Shown piece by piece: positions 41,801 to 50,592 of a DNA stretch of 64,000 nt (the stretch's first letter is position 1; every line of letters starts with the position of its first letter). The stretch lies in IMG/VR virus record IMGVR_UViG_3300008108_000264. One strand, given 5' to 3'. Under the pieces are notes generated by a model. It worked only from the letters and a program-made list of their open reading frames with translations, was not told the origin of the DNA and searched no databases. This stretch comes from an uncultured virus (IMG/VR IMGVR_UViG_3300008108_000264) (lineage: Duplodnaviria > Heunggongvirae > Uroviricota > Caudoviricetes). A program made the position numbers and the translations under genes.

Positions 41801-42701
41801 CAATTAATTTAATAAGAACATCTATTTCTCCATAAAAATCATTAATATCAAATTTAGTAATAAATTCTTCTAATGCTTCAGAATAAATATTACTATTTAA
41901 TAATTGTAACATACCTAAGTATACATTAGTTTTATTACTACTTAATAATAAATCAGTTACAGGTTTAATTAAATCATTATCAATTAAACCGTTAAGAATA
42001 GGATAAATTTTTTCTTTAAATCCATCTTTAGAAACAGAAAAATCACTTGATCTAATATATTGAAGTAAAGGAAGTAGTTTAGATCTTATTAAATTTTTAT
42101 CTAAGTCATTAATAACAAGATTATATTCTTTATTTATTATAAAAGTAGTTGTTTTACCTTCTTTAAAGTTATTATATAAAGGTAAATTATCATTAATAAA
42201 AGATCGTAAATTTTTATCTTTTGTTACAGATGCAAGTTTATAAAAGAATTCATTAACAAAATAATCATCAATAAATGTATCTGGCGGACCATATAAGTTT
42301 AAATAAAGTTGACTTAAATCTTGTACATCTATTATATCATAACCTAAATTAATAAAATTATATTTTAGATTATCTAAACTTTGTTGATAATCATCAGTAA
42401 TATTAATCCATAATTTATTTAAAATTAATAATGATTCTTTATTATTAAGTTCTAAAAATTTATTAATTGTTTCTTCTAACATTGGAAAATCATCTGAATT
42501 AACTAAATTTTGTACCATACTCTCTGAATTATTAAAGTTTAAGTATAATTTAGCTGCTTCTTCTTTTAATATAATAGGATCATTAATTGTATCTGAAAAA
42601 TGTTCTACATATTTATCAAAGACTTTTGATGGCCTACCGAATGGATCTAATACTTCTACTATTTCGTTAGTATTAGGATCTCTTTTTATTTGACATATCA
42701 T
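38844..42701 (-). CDS. N-terminal part of the virion RNA polymerase polypeptide, with zincin (HEAFH) domain
   Basis: TEYHEAFHAVFR...YEEYLAD; overlaps the open frame of the RNAP by 11 nt. Confidence 0.75.
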   Translation of the reverse strand: MICQIKRDPNTNEIVEVLDPFGRPSKVFDKYVEHFSDTINDPIILKEEAAKLYLNFNNSESMVQNLVNSDDFPMLEETINKFLELNNKESLLILNKLWINITDDYQQSLDNLKYNFINLGYDIIDVQDLSQLYLNLYGPPDTFIDDYFVNEFFYKLASVTKDKNLRSFINDNLPLYNNFKEGKTTTFIINKEYNLVINDLDKNLIRSKLLPLLQYIRSSDFSVSKDGFKEKIYPILNGLIDNDLIKPVTDLLLSSNKTNVYLGMLQLLNSNIYSEALEEFITKFDINDFYGEIDVLIKLIDPYYEALPFSLQPQAAPEESRIKIDKAKENIRAILGDAVEVSTDIETVMDNMKVSGVPFGLFFNNLIYLNEKAAEQGTEYHEAFHAVFRMFLNDNEIDLYINEARKEMNLSEKQLNDKIDKLRDSVSNYESLSKQELEQLVYEEYLADRYQAFTKTNKPSTSNLSIVNLFNRLMNAFLKLIGVRGKVDALFHDINNQRFKNKTITPNRFVRQMRQIPAFQLIILDNQGLDKNGALSIVYAKEQETDKIISDIAALVYHEIRKDQSDVKPDIVTVFNKVMEERFNFYNPDSEENSEIINIIAEKKGDAAADKKYNELIKIQEIFNVNNEENKHNIDVILDGLKDKYKLFNFNPFDDDYFDENKADNREMLDITNVEIGGFDMIPNQLREFMSLVTYEVEDEYTGRKIFKSVDGSVVYNGLIKSLASKDFTDVMDEFEKFVEYGNDMSRAVYQALKEITKHNSDEYDNEHQLVNLFRITFDKEKLSYLQTLIDSDTRQSIVINALNEDVDQVQIKDWYANWDNNKLSDILNDPKQRALYDRYFKALEDLIFEDSLILIKNANGNSVEYKKIFKDVITKFNEGFKVQKKDTELNIPSFEKLTGMTLSEGLIIFSILDNFYNENVDLFKVLIPKKDQNFYTSFKELLVKSQDENKIAEGLTKNSLDQIKKIMFKSDEQVTDLKNYYEFKVQKLREQGRDSSKFQINPNEYRNIYIPFPDREYLDENNKTETKVEDVLGFIKKIANANALFDETVTESSFQDANQNQRYSHVLKSYQSVATRRLRDKAKRDKLAAKYPGTVKNNYLLSGTQAMTESIFKDFKFENTGDLRQTPLKPRDEKGKIIEGFSRSTTKEGKGVTSKTIDFKSLNLLQLTLFKERKVKKIKNEAGLVTEVESSYFIPKIFETKSTDEAIQLPVNNVRNNDKFFDLENGGMTDSAVDTIFDLLLSEISLIDRVENELNEGIESLLDFMSRQNNSEERLNLQLELATR

Positions 42702-42733
42702 ATATTTTTATTATATCTTTTTTTATTAAAAAA

Positions 42734-42785
42734 TAATACGCGTATTTCTTTATTATCGCAATGATAATAAATAGTACGCGCATTA
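42734..42785. promoter_or_regulatory. Long imperfect inverted repeat just upstream of the RNAP gene
   Basis: TAATACGCGTATTTCTTTATTATC-GCAAT-GATAATAAATAGTACGCGCATTA. Confidence 0.55.
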
Positions 42786-42796
42786 ATCTCTTAATC

Positions 42797-43360
42797 TTAC
42801 TTAGATACAATTAAATCTTTTGTCCGATAGACAAGAGCGCTTGCTATAATTATACTATCCTCTGTCCTCGAATCAGACTTAAATTTATTATAATTGTTAA
42901 GCACAATTTGAGTATTATCCATAGTATAACCTTTATCAGAATCAATTCTATCAATAGATGGAGCATATGGACTTAGTTTATCCAGATGACCATTTTTTGA
43001 ATATTGTTTTATTTCAAAAGGTAGTCCAGTAACTGAACAAATACCCTCTCGTAATCTTGATTCTATCCACTCTATGCTTAAATCAAAATCTAAATTCTTA
43101 GATTTAGATCTTGAATAAGCACTGTTCCACAGAGTTCTTGCTCTATATTTAATTGGATTATTTTTAGCATAGTTCTCAAGATATTTTCGACGCATCTCTT
43201 TACGTTCAAGTTCTCTATTTTTATCATCAATTTTCTTTTGAACAGATTTTGCCTTTCTCTTATAATGACCATGCTCCACTAATAATTCGGATATTTGATT
43301 TGCATTTAAATCAAACATGAATTTATGGATTAAGTTAAGTTCTTTATTACTATATCTCAT
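42797..43360 (-). CDS. Free-standing HNH/His-Me finger endonuclease-like protein
   Basis: CSVTG...PSIDRIDSDKGYTMDN...NKFK. The ATG at 43360 abuts the dut stop, so it is preferred over 43381. Confidence 0.75.
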   Translation of the reverse strand: MRYSNKELNLIHKFMFDLNANQISELLVEHGHYKRKAKSVQKKIDDKNRELERKEMRRKYLENYAKNNPIKYRARTLWNSAYSRSKSKNLDFDLSIEWIESRLREGICSVTGLPFEIKQYSKNGHLDKLSPYAPSIDRIDSDKGYTMDNTQIVLNNYNKFKSDSRTEDSIIIASALVYRTKDLIVSK

Positions 43361-43361
43361 A

Positions 43362-43832
43362 TTAGTTTCCAGTAGAACCAAATCCTCCGCTACCTCTTTC
43401 TGTTTCCATTAGAGATTCAGATTCAATGAATTCTACATTAATTAATTTCTCAAAACTAATTTGTGCTATTTTATCACCTACATCGTATAATTTTTCAGGC
43501 ATTGTATCTGGATCAATATACTCTGAATCCATATAAATGAAGTTAGGAGCAGCAAGTTTAAACCTTACTTTCCATTCTCCACGATAATCTGAATCAATTA
43601 CACCTACAGAATTGCACATAGTAAGATCATAATTACTGATGCTACTTCTTGGAAATATTTTACCAACATATCCTTCCGGAATTTCAGTAGAAAATCCAAG
43701 ACCGTATTCAACGTATCTTTCATTATGATTTATTGATGTAGCAATTACATCATAACATGCTGCAGATTCAGTAGATTTAGTAGGTAATTTAGCTTTGTCA
43801 TTTAACAATTTAATTTGTATTTGTTGCTTCAT
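43362..43832 (-). CDS. dut: Trimeric dUTPase
   Basis: AACYDV, PRSS, GVIDSDYRGE, KIAQ and RGSGGFGSTG motifs. Confidence 0.95.
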   Translation of the reverse strand: MKQQIQIKLLNDKAKLPTKSTESAACYDVIATSINHNERYVEYGLGFSTEIPEGYVGKIFPRSSISNYDLTMCNSVGVIDSDYRGEWKVRFKLAAPNFIYMDSEYIDPDTMPEKLYDVGDKIAQISFEKLINVEFIESESLMETERGSGGFGSTGN

Positions 43833-44469
43833 AAGTTATAATTTTTACTAAGTTATTATTAAATTCTTTTTGAATAATTTTGTTAATAATCTGCATGTTT
43901 AATTTTTCAGGAATAACAATGATAGTTTTAAGATTAGGATATTTGTTATAAAGCTTTCTACAGCACAAAGCAAATGATATATAATCAACTTTATTGTTAA
44001 TTATATAATGTGCACTAGAAATCTTAATATTAATATTCTTATTAGGTAAATTAAAATTGACTACATCGATATTACCTAAATCTTGAATAGTTGAATCTGT
44101 AGAATAATTTACAATTAATTCATACTCACCACTCGTTGTGTAATAAGAAATATCTTCTTTATAGTCATCATGTTTAATATCATACAGTTCATTAAACTGT
44201 AGTTCTGATTCATTAACAAACTTTTGTCTAAAGTTATTTATTAACTCTTGAGTTGGTTTTTGAGAAGTTGTAACCTTGTTAGCTAATAAAGTTTTAATCT
44301 CATACGTCATTAACTTTACAGTTAATTTATCAGGATCAGAACTTAAATAAGCATGTAAAGTTTTAGGATCTATAAGATCAGTAATTACAAACTCCTCATT
44401 CTTATGAGTTATAGCTTTAGATATGTACGGTTCAATTAGATACTCTGTTGAGTGAAATTTAAATTGCAT
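43810..44469 (-). CDS. Hypothetical protein
   Basis: 219-aa ORF packed in the operon. Confidence 0.6.
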   Translation of the reverse strand: MQFKFHSTEYLIEPYISKAITHKNEEFVITDLIDPKTLHAYLSSDPDKLTVKLMTYEIKTLLANKVTTSQKPTQELINNFRQKFVNESELQFNELYDIKHDDYKEDISYYTTSGEYELIVNYSTDSTIQDLGNIDVVNFNLPNKNINIKISSAHYIINNKVDYISFALCCRKLYNKYPNLKTIIVIPEKLNMQIINKIIQKEFNNNLVKIITYEATNTN

Positions 44470-44473
44470 TTGT

Positions 44474-45070
44474 TTATTCTTTTAATTCTGTTTGATATAA
44501 AAAGTTAACATCAAATAATTCTTCTTCATTTTTTACTTTGCTATCAAACTCTTTATCCCAGAGTTCATTAGCTAAGTCTTCTTCTAACTCTAGTTCTTTA
44601 ACTAAAGTTTGATAATATTCTTGAGAGTGTTTTAAAACATGATATTCTTTACTTAATCCTATTTTCTTACTGATTGTATCATAAACAATAAATTTATCTT
44701 TATCAGAATCCAGTAAATGTTCTGAATACATTTCACTAAATTTAGAATTAATAAAGTTACTCAAGCTTTTACCACCCATAGTTTTAAACATAATTATTGC
44801 TAAATTATCATCACGATTTCCTACATGATAAGAACCTAAATAATATTTAGTAATACTCTTTAACTTAGTTATTTTATTTTCAAATTGATCATCTACTTTT
44901 ACAAGTACATAAAATATACCATCTTCCATTTTAGAGTCATTTACAGACTTATCTCCTAAATAGACATTGAGTATATTAAAAGAAAATAAAATACTTTTTA
45001 TTTCATTATTATAATATAAATTAACAGTCGGTTCAAATAGATACCGATATGTTTTTGTTTTCTTTAACAT
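44474..45070 (-). CDS. Hypothetical protein
   Basis: 198-aa ORF packed in the operon. Confidence 0.65.
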   Translation of the reverse strand: MLKKTKTYRYLFEPTVNLYYNNEIKSILFSFNILNVYLGDKSVNDSKMEDGIFYVLVKVDDQFENKITKLKSITKYYLGSYHVGNRDDNLAIIMFKTMGGKSLSNFINSKFSEMYSEHLLDSDKDKFIVYDTISKKIGLSKEYHVLKHSQEYYQTLVKELELEEDLANELWDKEFDSKVKNEEELFDVNFLYQTELKE

Positions 45071-45078
45071 TTAATATT

Positions 45079-45864
45079 TTAATTACAATCATTAAACACT
45101 TTGATTTGAATATCATCAATGTTATTATGATTTCTTAATATGTAAACAAGTGAAAAATTTTCTTTAATTCGATCTTCATAATCGAAAGGATAAACTTTTT
45201 TGTATTCTTCAATAACAACTTGTTTACATTCTTCTCTATTAGCACAATCTTTTAAGAGAGAATATGTTTTAACAGGACCATATTTAGGTAGTCCTGGTAT
45301 ATTATCAGCGGTATCCCCCATTAACATTTGAGCGTATAAAGATTTATAACCTGTGGCATCAAGTTTCTTCTTATCATCATTATAATATATATAACAGTTA
45401 TCATCAGATACTATAGTTCTCTGATGTGTTTTTAAATTATAATGTATACCATTAACTTGAGGTAAATCTTTATCTATACTTGCAATAACAGCTTTATAAG
45501 AATATACATTCTCAACACTCTCATTACAAAAAGAATTAATTCTTTCAGATAATATAGCTGCTAAGTCATCAGCCTCTATACCATCAATAACAATAAATTT
45601 ATATTCTTTAATAAGAAGATCTCTTATTTCATAAAAATAAAGAGGCTTTTCAAATTTACGATTACCTTTATATTCTTTTGTTACAGCAACTTTCTTTCTG
45701 AAATTATTCTTACCGTCAAGTATACCGATATAAAGATTAGTATCACAATTTTTTAATACATCTTTTATATGAGCATGAATAGTTTCTTTATAATCTTCTT
45801 TGTTGCCATGTATGTAAAGAAGACAAGTTGCATCAAAAATTACAATTTGTTTATCTATTTCCAT
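45079..45864 (-). CDS. 5'-3' exonuclease / RNase H (FEN-like, T7 gp6 type)
   Basis: YKGNR, IEADD, SIDKDL and LMGDTADNIPGL motifs. Confidence 0.9.
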   Translation of the reverse strand: MEIDKQIVIFDATCLLYIHGNKEDYKETIHAHIKDVLKNCDTNLYIGILDGKNNFRKKVAVTKEYKGNRKFEKPLYFYEIRDLLIKEYKFIVIDGIEADDLAAILSERINSFCNESVENVYSYKAVIASIDKDLPQVNGIHYNLKTHQRTIVSDDNCYIYYNDDKKKLDATGYKSLYAQMLMGDTADNIPGLPKYGPVKTYSLLKDCANREECKQVVIEEYKKVYPFDYEDRIKENFSLVYILRNHNNIDDIQIKVFNDCN

Positions 45865-45867
45865 CTT

Positions 45868-46419
45868 TTAACTTTTGTTAGTAAACTCTGATAATGTTTT
45901 TATCTTCCATTTCAAAGTTCTCAATTTACCTTTTTTGGTATAAGAGAATTTATTTGGTGTAAATGTGCTAGCAAATAAACCGTTCTTTGAATGTAAAGGC
46001 ATTATCTTATTTACATAAATTTTATACCTATAGTACATTTGTTTTTGTATTATAGGAAATTTTATAGTACTACTATTACCTCTAGCTGCAAATGTACCCT
46101 TGACATCTACAACTGAATAATATTTGTTTGTTAGTTCATCTTTATGAGCAAAGTGTTTTGATCTTAGCTCGACTATAATTGATTTAAATTTAGAGTCTTC
46201 AGTAAAATAAAATATATCTTTAGCTTTATCTTCCCATACGATAATGAAATCAGGTTTATAGATAGAAGCTCTAAGTATTACTTTGTCTTTTATTTTTACT
46301 TCAGGAAAAAGTTCATATTCAGGTTCTCTTTTGATACTATGAATATACCCTTCTTCTCTTAATTCATTTAACCAATCATAATAATATTCTTCTTCTGGTG
46401 AATCAAATGTCATAATCAT
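45868..46419 (-). CDS. PD-(D/E)XK endonuclease (DUF1064/resolvase-like)
   Basis: FDSPEE...YKPDF...VVDVKG. The start at ATG 46419 is preferred because the longer GTG start runs through a hairpin. Confidence 0.75.
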   Translation of the reverse strand: MIMTFDSPEEEYYYDWLNELREEGYIHSIKREPEYELFPEVKIKDKVILRASIYKPDFIIVWEDKAKDIFYFTEDSKFKSIIVELRSKHFAHKDELTNKYYSVVDVKGTFAARGNSSTIKFPIIQKQMYYRYKIYVNKIMPLHSKNGLFASTFTPNKFSYTKKGKLRTLKWKIKTLSEFTNKS

Positions 46420-46421
46420 TA

Positions 46422-46447
46422 GAAAGGGTGCCAGTTTCCCAGCACCC
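46422..46447 (-). terminator. GNRA hairpin with short U tract (weak terminator or processing site)
   Basis: Minus strand GGGTGCTGG-GAAA-CTGGCACCC-TTTCT. Confidence 0.55.
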
Positions 46448-46472
46448 GTGACCTTTAAAATACTTAATACTA

Positions 46473-47180
46473 CTACCAATTTATTGATAAAGATTCGTCA
46501 ATAGTTTTTAATTCTTGATTAATCTTATCAAATAAACAGTATCGGTGAAAGATTTCTCTTTCTTCTCTTGTTTTACAGACCTCTTTGGGCGTATATATTA
46601 CATTAGCTTTTTCAGGAAATGATAAATTAGATACATTACCAATACAAACAAATAAACAATTATTGTTGTATTCGTGAATACTATTAATCAAAGATTGAGT
46701 AAATCTCAACCAATAACTAATATGATTATCTGGATTTACCATTTCTCTTGTCATAGAAGCGTTAATTAATAACACTCCTTGTTTCATCCATTCGTTTGCA
46801 TTAAACGTAGTAAATATGTCATCTTTATACAGTTGATAAGTAGTTTCTACTACATCAAGAATATCAGTTCTAATTCTTGGAAACTTATCTTGTAATTCTA
46901 AAGGTATTCCTGTACATCCTACGTTCTCCATAGGTTGATCAAATATCATTACTACTTTTAGATCGTTTAGATTAACAGATCTAAAAGGTTGAAGTATATT
47001 TTGTATCTTAGGTAATAACTTAAAACCTAATTGTTTTGATACATTAAAACCATGATCATCTTTCTTAGGATGATCTGTAATTACATTTGTTAAAGTTTGA
47101 ATATATAACTCACCTAATGGTGATTGAAATAAACTAAGCCATGAATCGTCAATCTTATTTTTAAAAATATCAGTTGTCAT
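46473..47180 (-). CDS. Family-1 uracil-DNA glycosylase-like protein with degenerate active site
   Basis: PF...LKVVMI, WMKQGVLLINASMT and H...W..FT are retained; GQDPY is replaced by FDQPM and HPSP is absent. Confidence 0.7.
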   Translation of the reverse strand: MTTDIFKNKIDDSWLSLFQSPLGELYIQTLTNVITDHPKKDDHGFNVSKQLGFKLLPKIQNILQPFRSVNLNDLKVVMIFDQPMENVGCTGIPLELQDKFPRIRTDILDVVETTYQLYKDDIFTTFNANEWMKQGVLLINASMTREMVNPDNHISYWLRFTQSLINSIHEYNNNCLFVCIGNVSNLSFPEKANVIYTPKEVCKTREEREIFHRYCLFDKINQELKTIDESLSINW

Positions 47181-48189
47181 CTATAAGTTTTTGTATATAA
47201 ATTTCGAAATCTTCTTCACTCATTAATGATCTTATTTCAGCTAAATCTTTTTTATGATTTACTTTTTCAAGTAATCTATATTCACATTTAAAAGAATCAG
47301 CGTGTTTTATAGTATAATAATGACCTGTTTCATCAGCATCATAAAGGATTATTATTCTTTTATATTTCTTTTTTAACTTATTAAAAATACTTTTAGGTAT
47401 CTCAACAGTCTCAGATTGTGGTGCAATAGCATCATAACCTATAGAAATTAAAGTTAATAAATCTTTCATTGATGATGTAATAAATAATATGTCATCTTTT
47501 GATTTATAAGATAATTGTTCTAAACCTTGTACATCATTAGGATTAGTATTACTTCTCCATTTATTCTCAGAGTTTTTTGTTAATGGTCTATAAAGTTTCA
47601 CATTAAAATCATTGTCTCCAATCTTGTAACAATAACAAGGGTCATCACGATCTTTATCATAATCATAACTTAATGAAAATCCTGATTTATTTAAACTCTT
47701 AGTATAGTATTTCTTTACAGGAGATATTTTATATCTTTTTAAAAGCTTTATATCTATACCAAATTGCAACCAATATTCTTGATCTTTTTTATTCCAGTTT
47801 CTTATATGAATCTGAAAATATGTTTTCTTAACTTTTGTTTCAAATTCTCTAGTATTGTTCTTTTTACGTAAAGGAGTTAAATCAGTTCTACTAGAAATAT
47901 TTCTTGATGATAATCCTAAATTGAAATCATCATTTATCTTTTGCATAGCCTGACCAAAATTCATGTCATACTTAAGCATTACTATTTTAATAGCATCACC
48001 ACTGTAATTAGGTTTAGCTAAATCATAAAAAACAAATCTTCCTGATTTACTCCAACTAAAATAACAAGTTGGTTTATTATCAATTCTAAAAGGATTTCTA
48101 TATTTAAGATTAGTTTTGACCTCACTTGGAAAATATCTTTCCATTGCTACTTTAGGATCAACTAATTGAAATATCTCATTAGGAGTCAT
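47170..48189 (-). CDS. DnaG-type (TOPRIM) DNA primase
   Basis: NPFRIDNKPTC, ITSSMKD, APQSE, LYDADETG and KDLAE motifs. Confidence 0.85.
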   Translation of the reverse strand: MTPNEIFQLVDPKVAMERYFPSEVKTNLKYRNPFRIDNKPTCYFSWSKSGRFVFYDLAKPNYSGDAIKIVMLKYDMNFGQAMQKINDDFNLGLSSRNISSRTDLTPLRKKNNTREFETKVKKTYFQIHIRNWNKKDQEYWLQFGIDIKLLKRYKISPVKKYYTKSLNKSGFSLSYDYDKDRDDPCYCYKIGDNDFNVKLYRPLTKNSENKWRSNTNPNDVQGLEQLSYKSKDDILFITSSMKDLLTLISIGYDAIAPQSETVEIPKSIFNKLKKKYKRIIILYDADETGHYYTIKHADSFKCEYRLLEKVNHKKDLAEIRSLMSEEDFEIYIQKLIDDN

Positions 48190-48205
48190 TGAACAAAGTT
48201 AATTT

Positions 48206-48231
48206 AAAAAGGGAGGAGTTACCCTCCCTTT
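48206..48231 (-). terminator. Intrinsic terminator after the SSB gene
   Basis: Minus strand AAAGGGAGG-GTAACT-CCTCCCTTTTT. Confidence 0.8.
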
Positions 48232-48234
48232 ATT

Positions 48235-49185
48235 CTAAAAATCGTCGTCAGTAAGAATATCGTAATTATTACTATCAGCAATCTCTTTAATTTCAGTATT
48301 AGATTCTACTGTTTTAGTAGGATCATAAACTTTAAATAAGAAAGAATCCTGGATAGTAGCATTAAATCTACCTTCTTCTACACTTTCTTTTGCACCTTTA
48401 GATATATCTCTACCTTCTTTAGCAAATGCATTTACACTTTTACTTGTAAATACTCTTTGGTTTAGATAGAAATTACCATTTGCATCAGTATTGTCACTTA
48501 CTTCAACACCCAATAATACGGCTACTTTTCTTGGTATACCGTCAGGATGAGAGAAGTTCTCATCACCAATTAACTCATTCAATGCAGATACATCTCCACT
48601 AAACAATGTTTCCATTGTAGCTGTAGCATCATCACCTAGAATAAAATCTGTAATTGGTGTTTCTTTGTTACTGCTTTTGTTATACCAGGCATAAAGAAAA
48701 TCGTAAAGTTGCACTTCACCTTCTTTTGCTTTTCTTGCATTCTCAGTTTTAAACCAAGACATACCTGCATTATCTTTAATTGCATCAATACTTGGTGCCC
48801 AAGTACTTTGCAATCTATCATTTATAAATCTAAAGTTACCACTAGCAGATACTTCGTCTCTATCAGAAACTAAAAATCCTGTGTTAAAATAATGATCATT
48901 TGGATAATCTTCAATCAATTTACCATCAATTGTTTTCTTTCCAATTTCAACATTAGGATTGATGCGCATTAGAATTTCAATTCTACGATAAGTTTTATCT
49001 TGCATCGTTACTTTATATTCAGGATCTTTAATGTTATCACCATTTTCGATTCCTTTAATTTCCATTATTTCCTGTTTAGTAGGATTGAATTTTAAGATTT
49101 CAGCATCTGCTACACCAGTAAAATAATGTTTTACTTTAGGTTCAAGTGTTTTAACTTCAACCCCACCTTTAGCTTTAATACCCAT
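48235..49185 (-). CDS. Putative single-stranded DNA-binding protein
   Basis: Acidic tail ending DDDF, position between Sak4-like ATPase and primase, and its own terminator. Confidence 0.6.
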   Translation of the reverse strand: MGIKAKGGVEVKTLEPKVKHYFTGVADAEILKFNPTKQEIMEIKGIENGDNIKDPEYKVTMQDKTYRRIEILMRINPNVEIGKKTIDGKLIEDYPNDHYFNTGFLVSDRDEVSASGNFRFINDRLQSTWAPSIDAIKDNAGMSWFKTENARKAKEGEVQLYDFLYAWYNKSSNKETPITDFILGDDATATMETLFSGDVSALNELIGDENFSHPDGIPRKVAVLLGVEVSDNTDANGNFYLNQRVFTSKSVNAFAKEGRDISKGAKESVEEGRFNATIQDSFLFKVYDPTKTVESNTEIKEIADSNNYDILTDDDF

Positions 49186-49219
49186 ATAAATAAGTAAATT
49201 TAATTTAAAAAATGTTTAA

Positions 49220-49774
49220 TTAGTCTTGATGAATCTTTATCTCAGTATCTTTACCAGATGTTTGAAATACAGAATCAATCTCTCTTTCTTTTACTTCTAC
49301 CTTAGGTACACTTAAATTAACTTCTTCTAATTTAAAATAACCTTTTGTAGTTTCTGATTCTACTAAAGCAAAATAACGATCTTCCAAAAAGTTATCATTT
49401 GAATGATAGCTTTCAATCTCATCATAAATCCAAGATGATTTACAACGGAGTGTAGAAAGATTTATTTTAGTAGTACTTTTTTTAACAACATTTCTTTTAT
49501 TATTTACATATTCCACTGAATCAGTGTTAGTAACATAAAGAAATACTTTTTCTTCAGATGTAGTCTTTGTTTCGTATCCACGAACAATAGCTAATCTATC
49601 TCTGTCATTGTTGACTTCTAATCCTAAAAGCTCTACAGCTTTGCGGTTAAGTCTTAACATTTTAGATCCTTCGTTAGGATTTGCCTGTAGCATAATTGTT
49701 GCTACGTTTGGATAAATGTCTAATTTCTCTTCGATTTGTTCTTTCTTAGAACCTTTTGCTTTTACTGGAATCAT
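49220..49774 (-). CDS. Hypothetical protein
   Basis: 184-aa ORF packed in the operon. Confidence 0.65.
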   Translation of the reverse strand: MIPVKAKGSKKEQIEEKLDIYPNVATIMLQANPNEGSKMLRLNRKAVELLGLEVNNDRDRLAIVRGYETKTTSEEKVFLYVTNTDSVEYVNNKRNVVKKSTTKINLSTLRCKSSWIYDEIESYHSNDNFLEDRYFALVESETTKGYFKLEEVNLSVPKVEVKEREIDSVFQTSGKDTEIKIHQD

Positions 49775-49779
49775 AATAA

Positions 49780-50592
49780 TTAATCAATGTAAATTTCTTC
49801 CCAATGTGCTGTTGTACCATCCATGATTACAATTTCTTTACCTTGTAAGTGTACTGGTCTGGCACCGCACGTGTCATCTTGAGAAGCAAAATTAATAATA
49901 GTCTTGTCTTTATTTCTATATATATAACCAATAGCATCTGATGATGCTGCTGTAATTTGTGAAATTTTACCCGTAAGATCTAAATCTTTAGAGCTCAATT
50001 CCTTACCATCTTTATCAATCTTTTTGTCTTTTAAGTGACCAACAAGAATAATATCTGGAGCTAGTCCATCAATTACTTTTAGCCAATACTCAAATGCCAA
50101 TCTCAACCATAAATAACCTGCGCCGTTAGGTAATGATAATACTGTTTCCCATTCATTCTTAGGAAGAAATGCACCAGCTTTATCTCTGTTAAACTTTTTA
50201 CCTTGTACGCTATCCATATACATCTTAGTTGCATAGTCTTCACACCACATCTCTAATTGAGTAATAGTGTCAACAGCAATAATTTTATAAGGATATTCTC
50301 CGTTATTTTGTTTTCGATGTTTGTTTATTTCTACTGCAAACTCATTCAAATAATATTTGTATTCTGAATGTCGTTTTTGAATTTGTTCTGGTGTTTCCTG
50401 TTTATCAGAACGTAAACCAATAACTTTTACTTTAATTGCATCTACGTGGTCAGTGCCATCTTCTAAATCTAAAATACAACAATCAGTTAGTTTGGATAAA
50501 ATTGTAGTTTTACCAACTTTAGGTTTGCCATAGATAATAAGTCTTCTTGGATTTTGTCTTGTTGCTTTTAATACTTGCGTAGGTAACATCAT
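49780..50592 (-). CDS. Sak4-like / AAA_24 recombination ATPase
   Basis: YGKPKVGKT Walker A, LDLEDG, AVDTIT, ILVGH and DAIGY motifs. Confidence 0.85.
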   Translation of the reverse strand: MMLPTQVLKATRQNPRRLIIYGKPKVGKTTILSKLTDCCILDLEDGTDHVDAIKVKVIGLRSDKQETPEQIQKRHSEYKYYLNEFAVEINKHRKQNNGEYPYKIIAVDTITQLEMWCEDYATKMYMDSVQGKKFNRDKAGAFLPKNEWETVLSLPNGAGYLWLRLAFEYWLKVIDGLAPDIILVGHLKDKKIDKDGKELSSKDLDLTGKISQITAASSDAIGYIYRNKDKTIINFASQDDTCGARPVHLQGKEIVIMDGTTAHWEEIYID

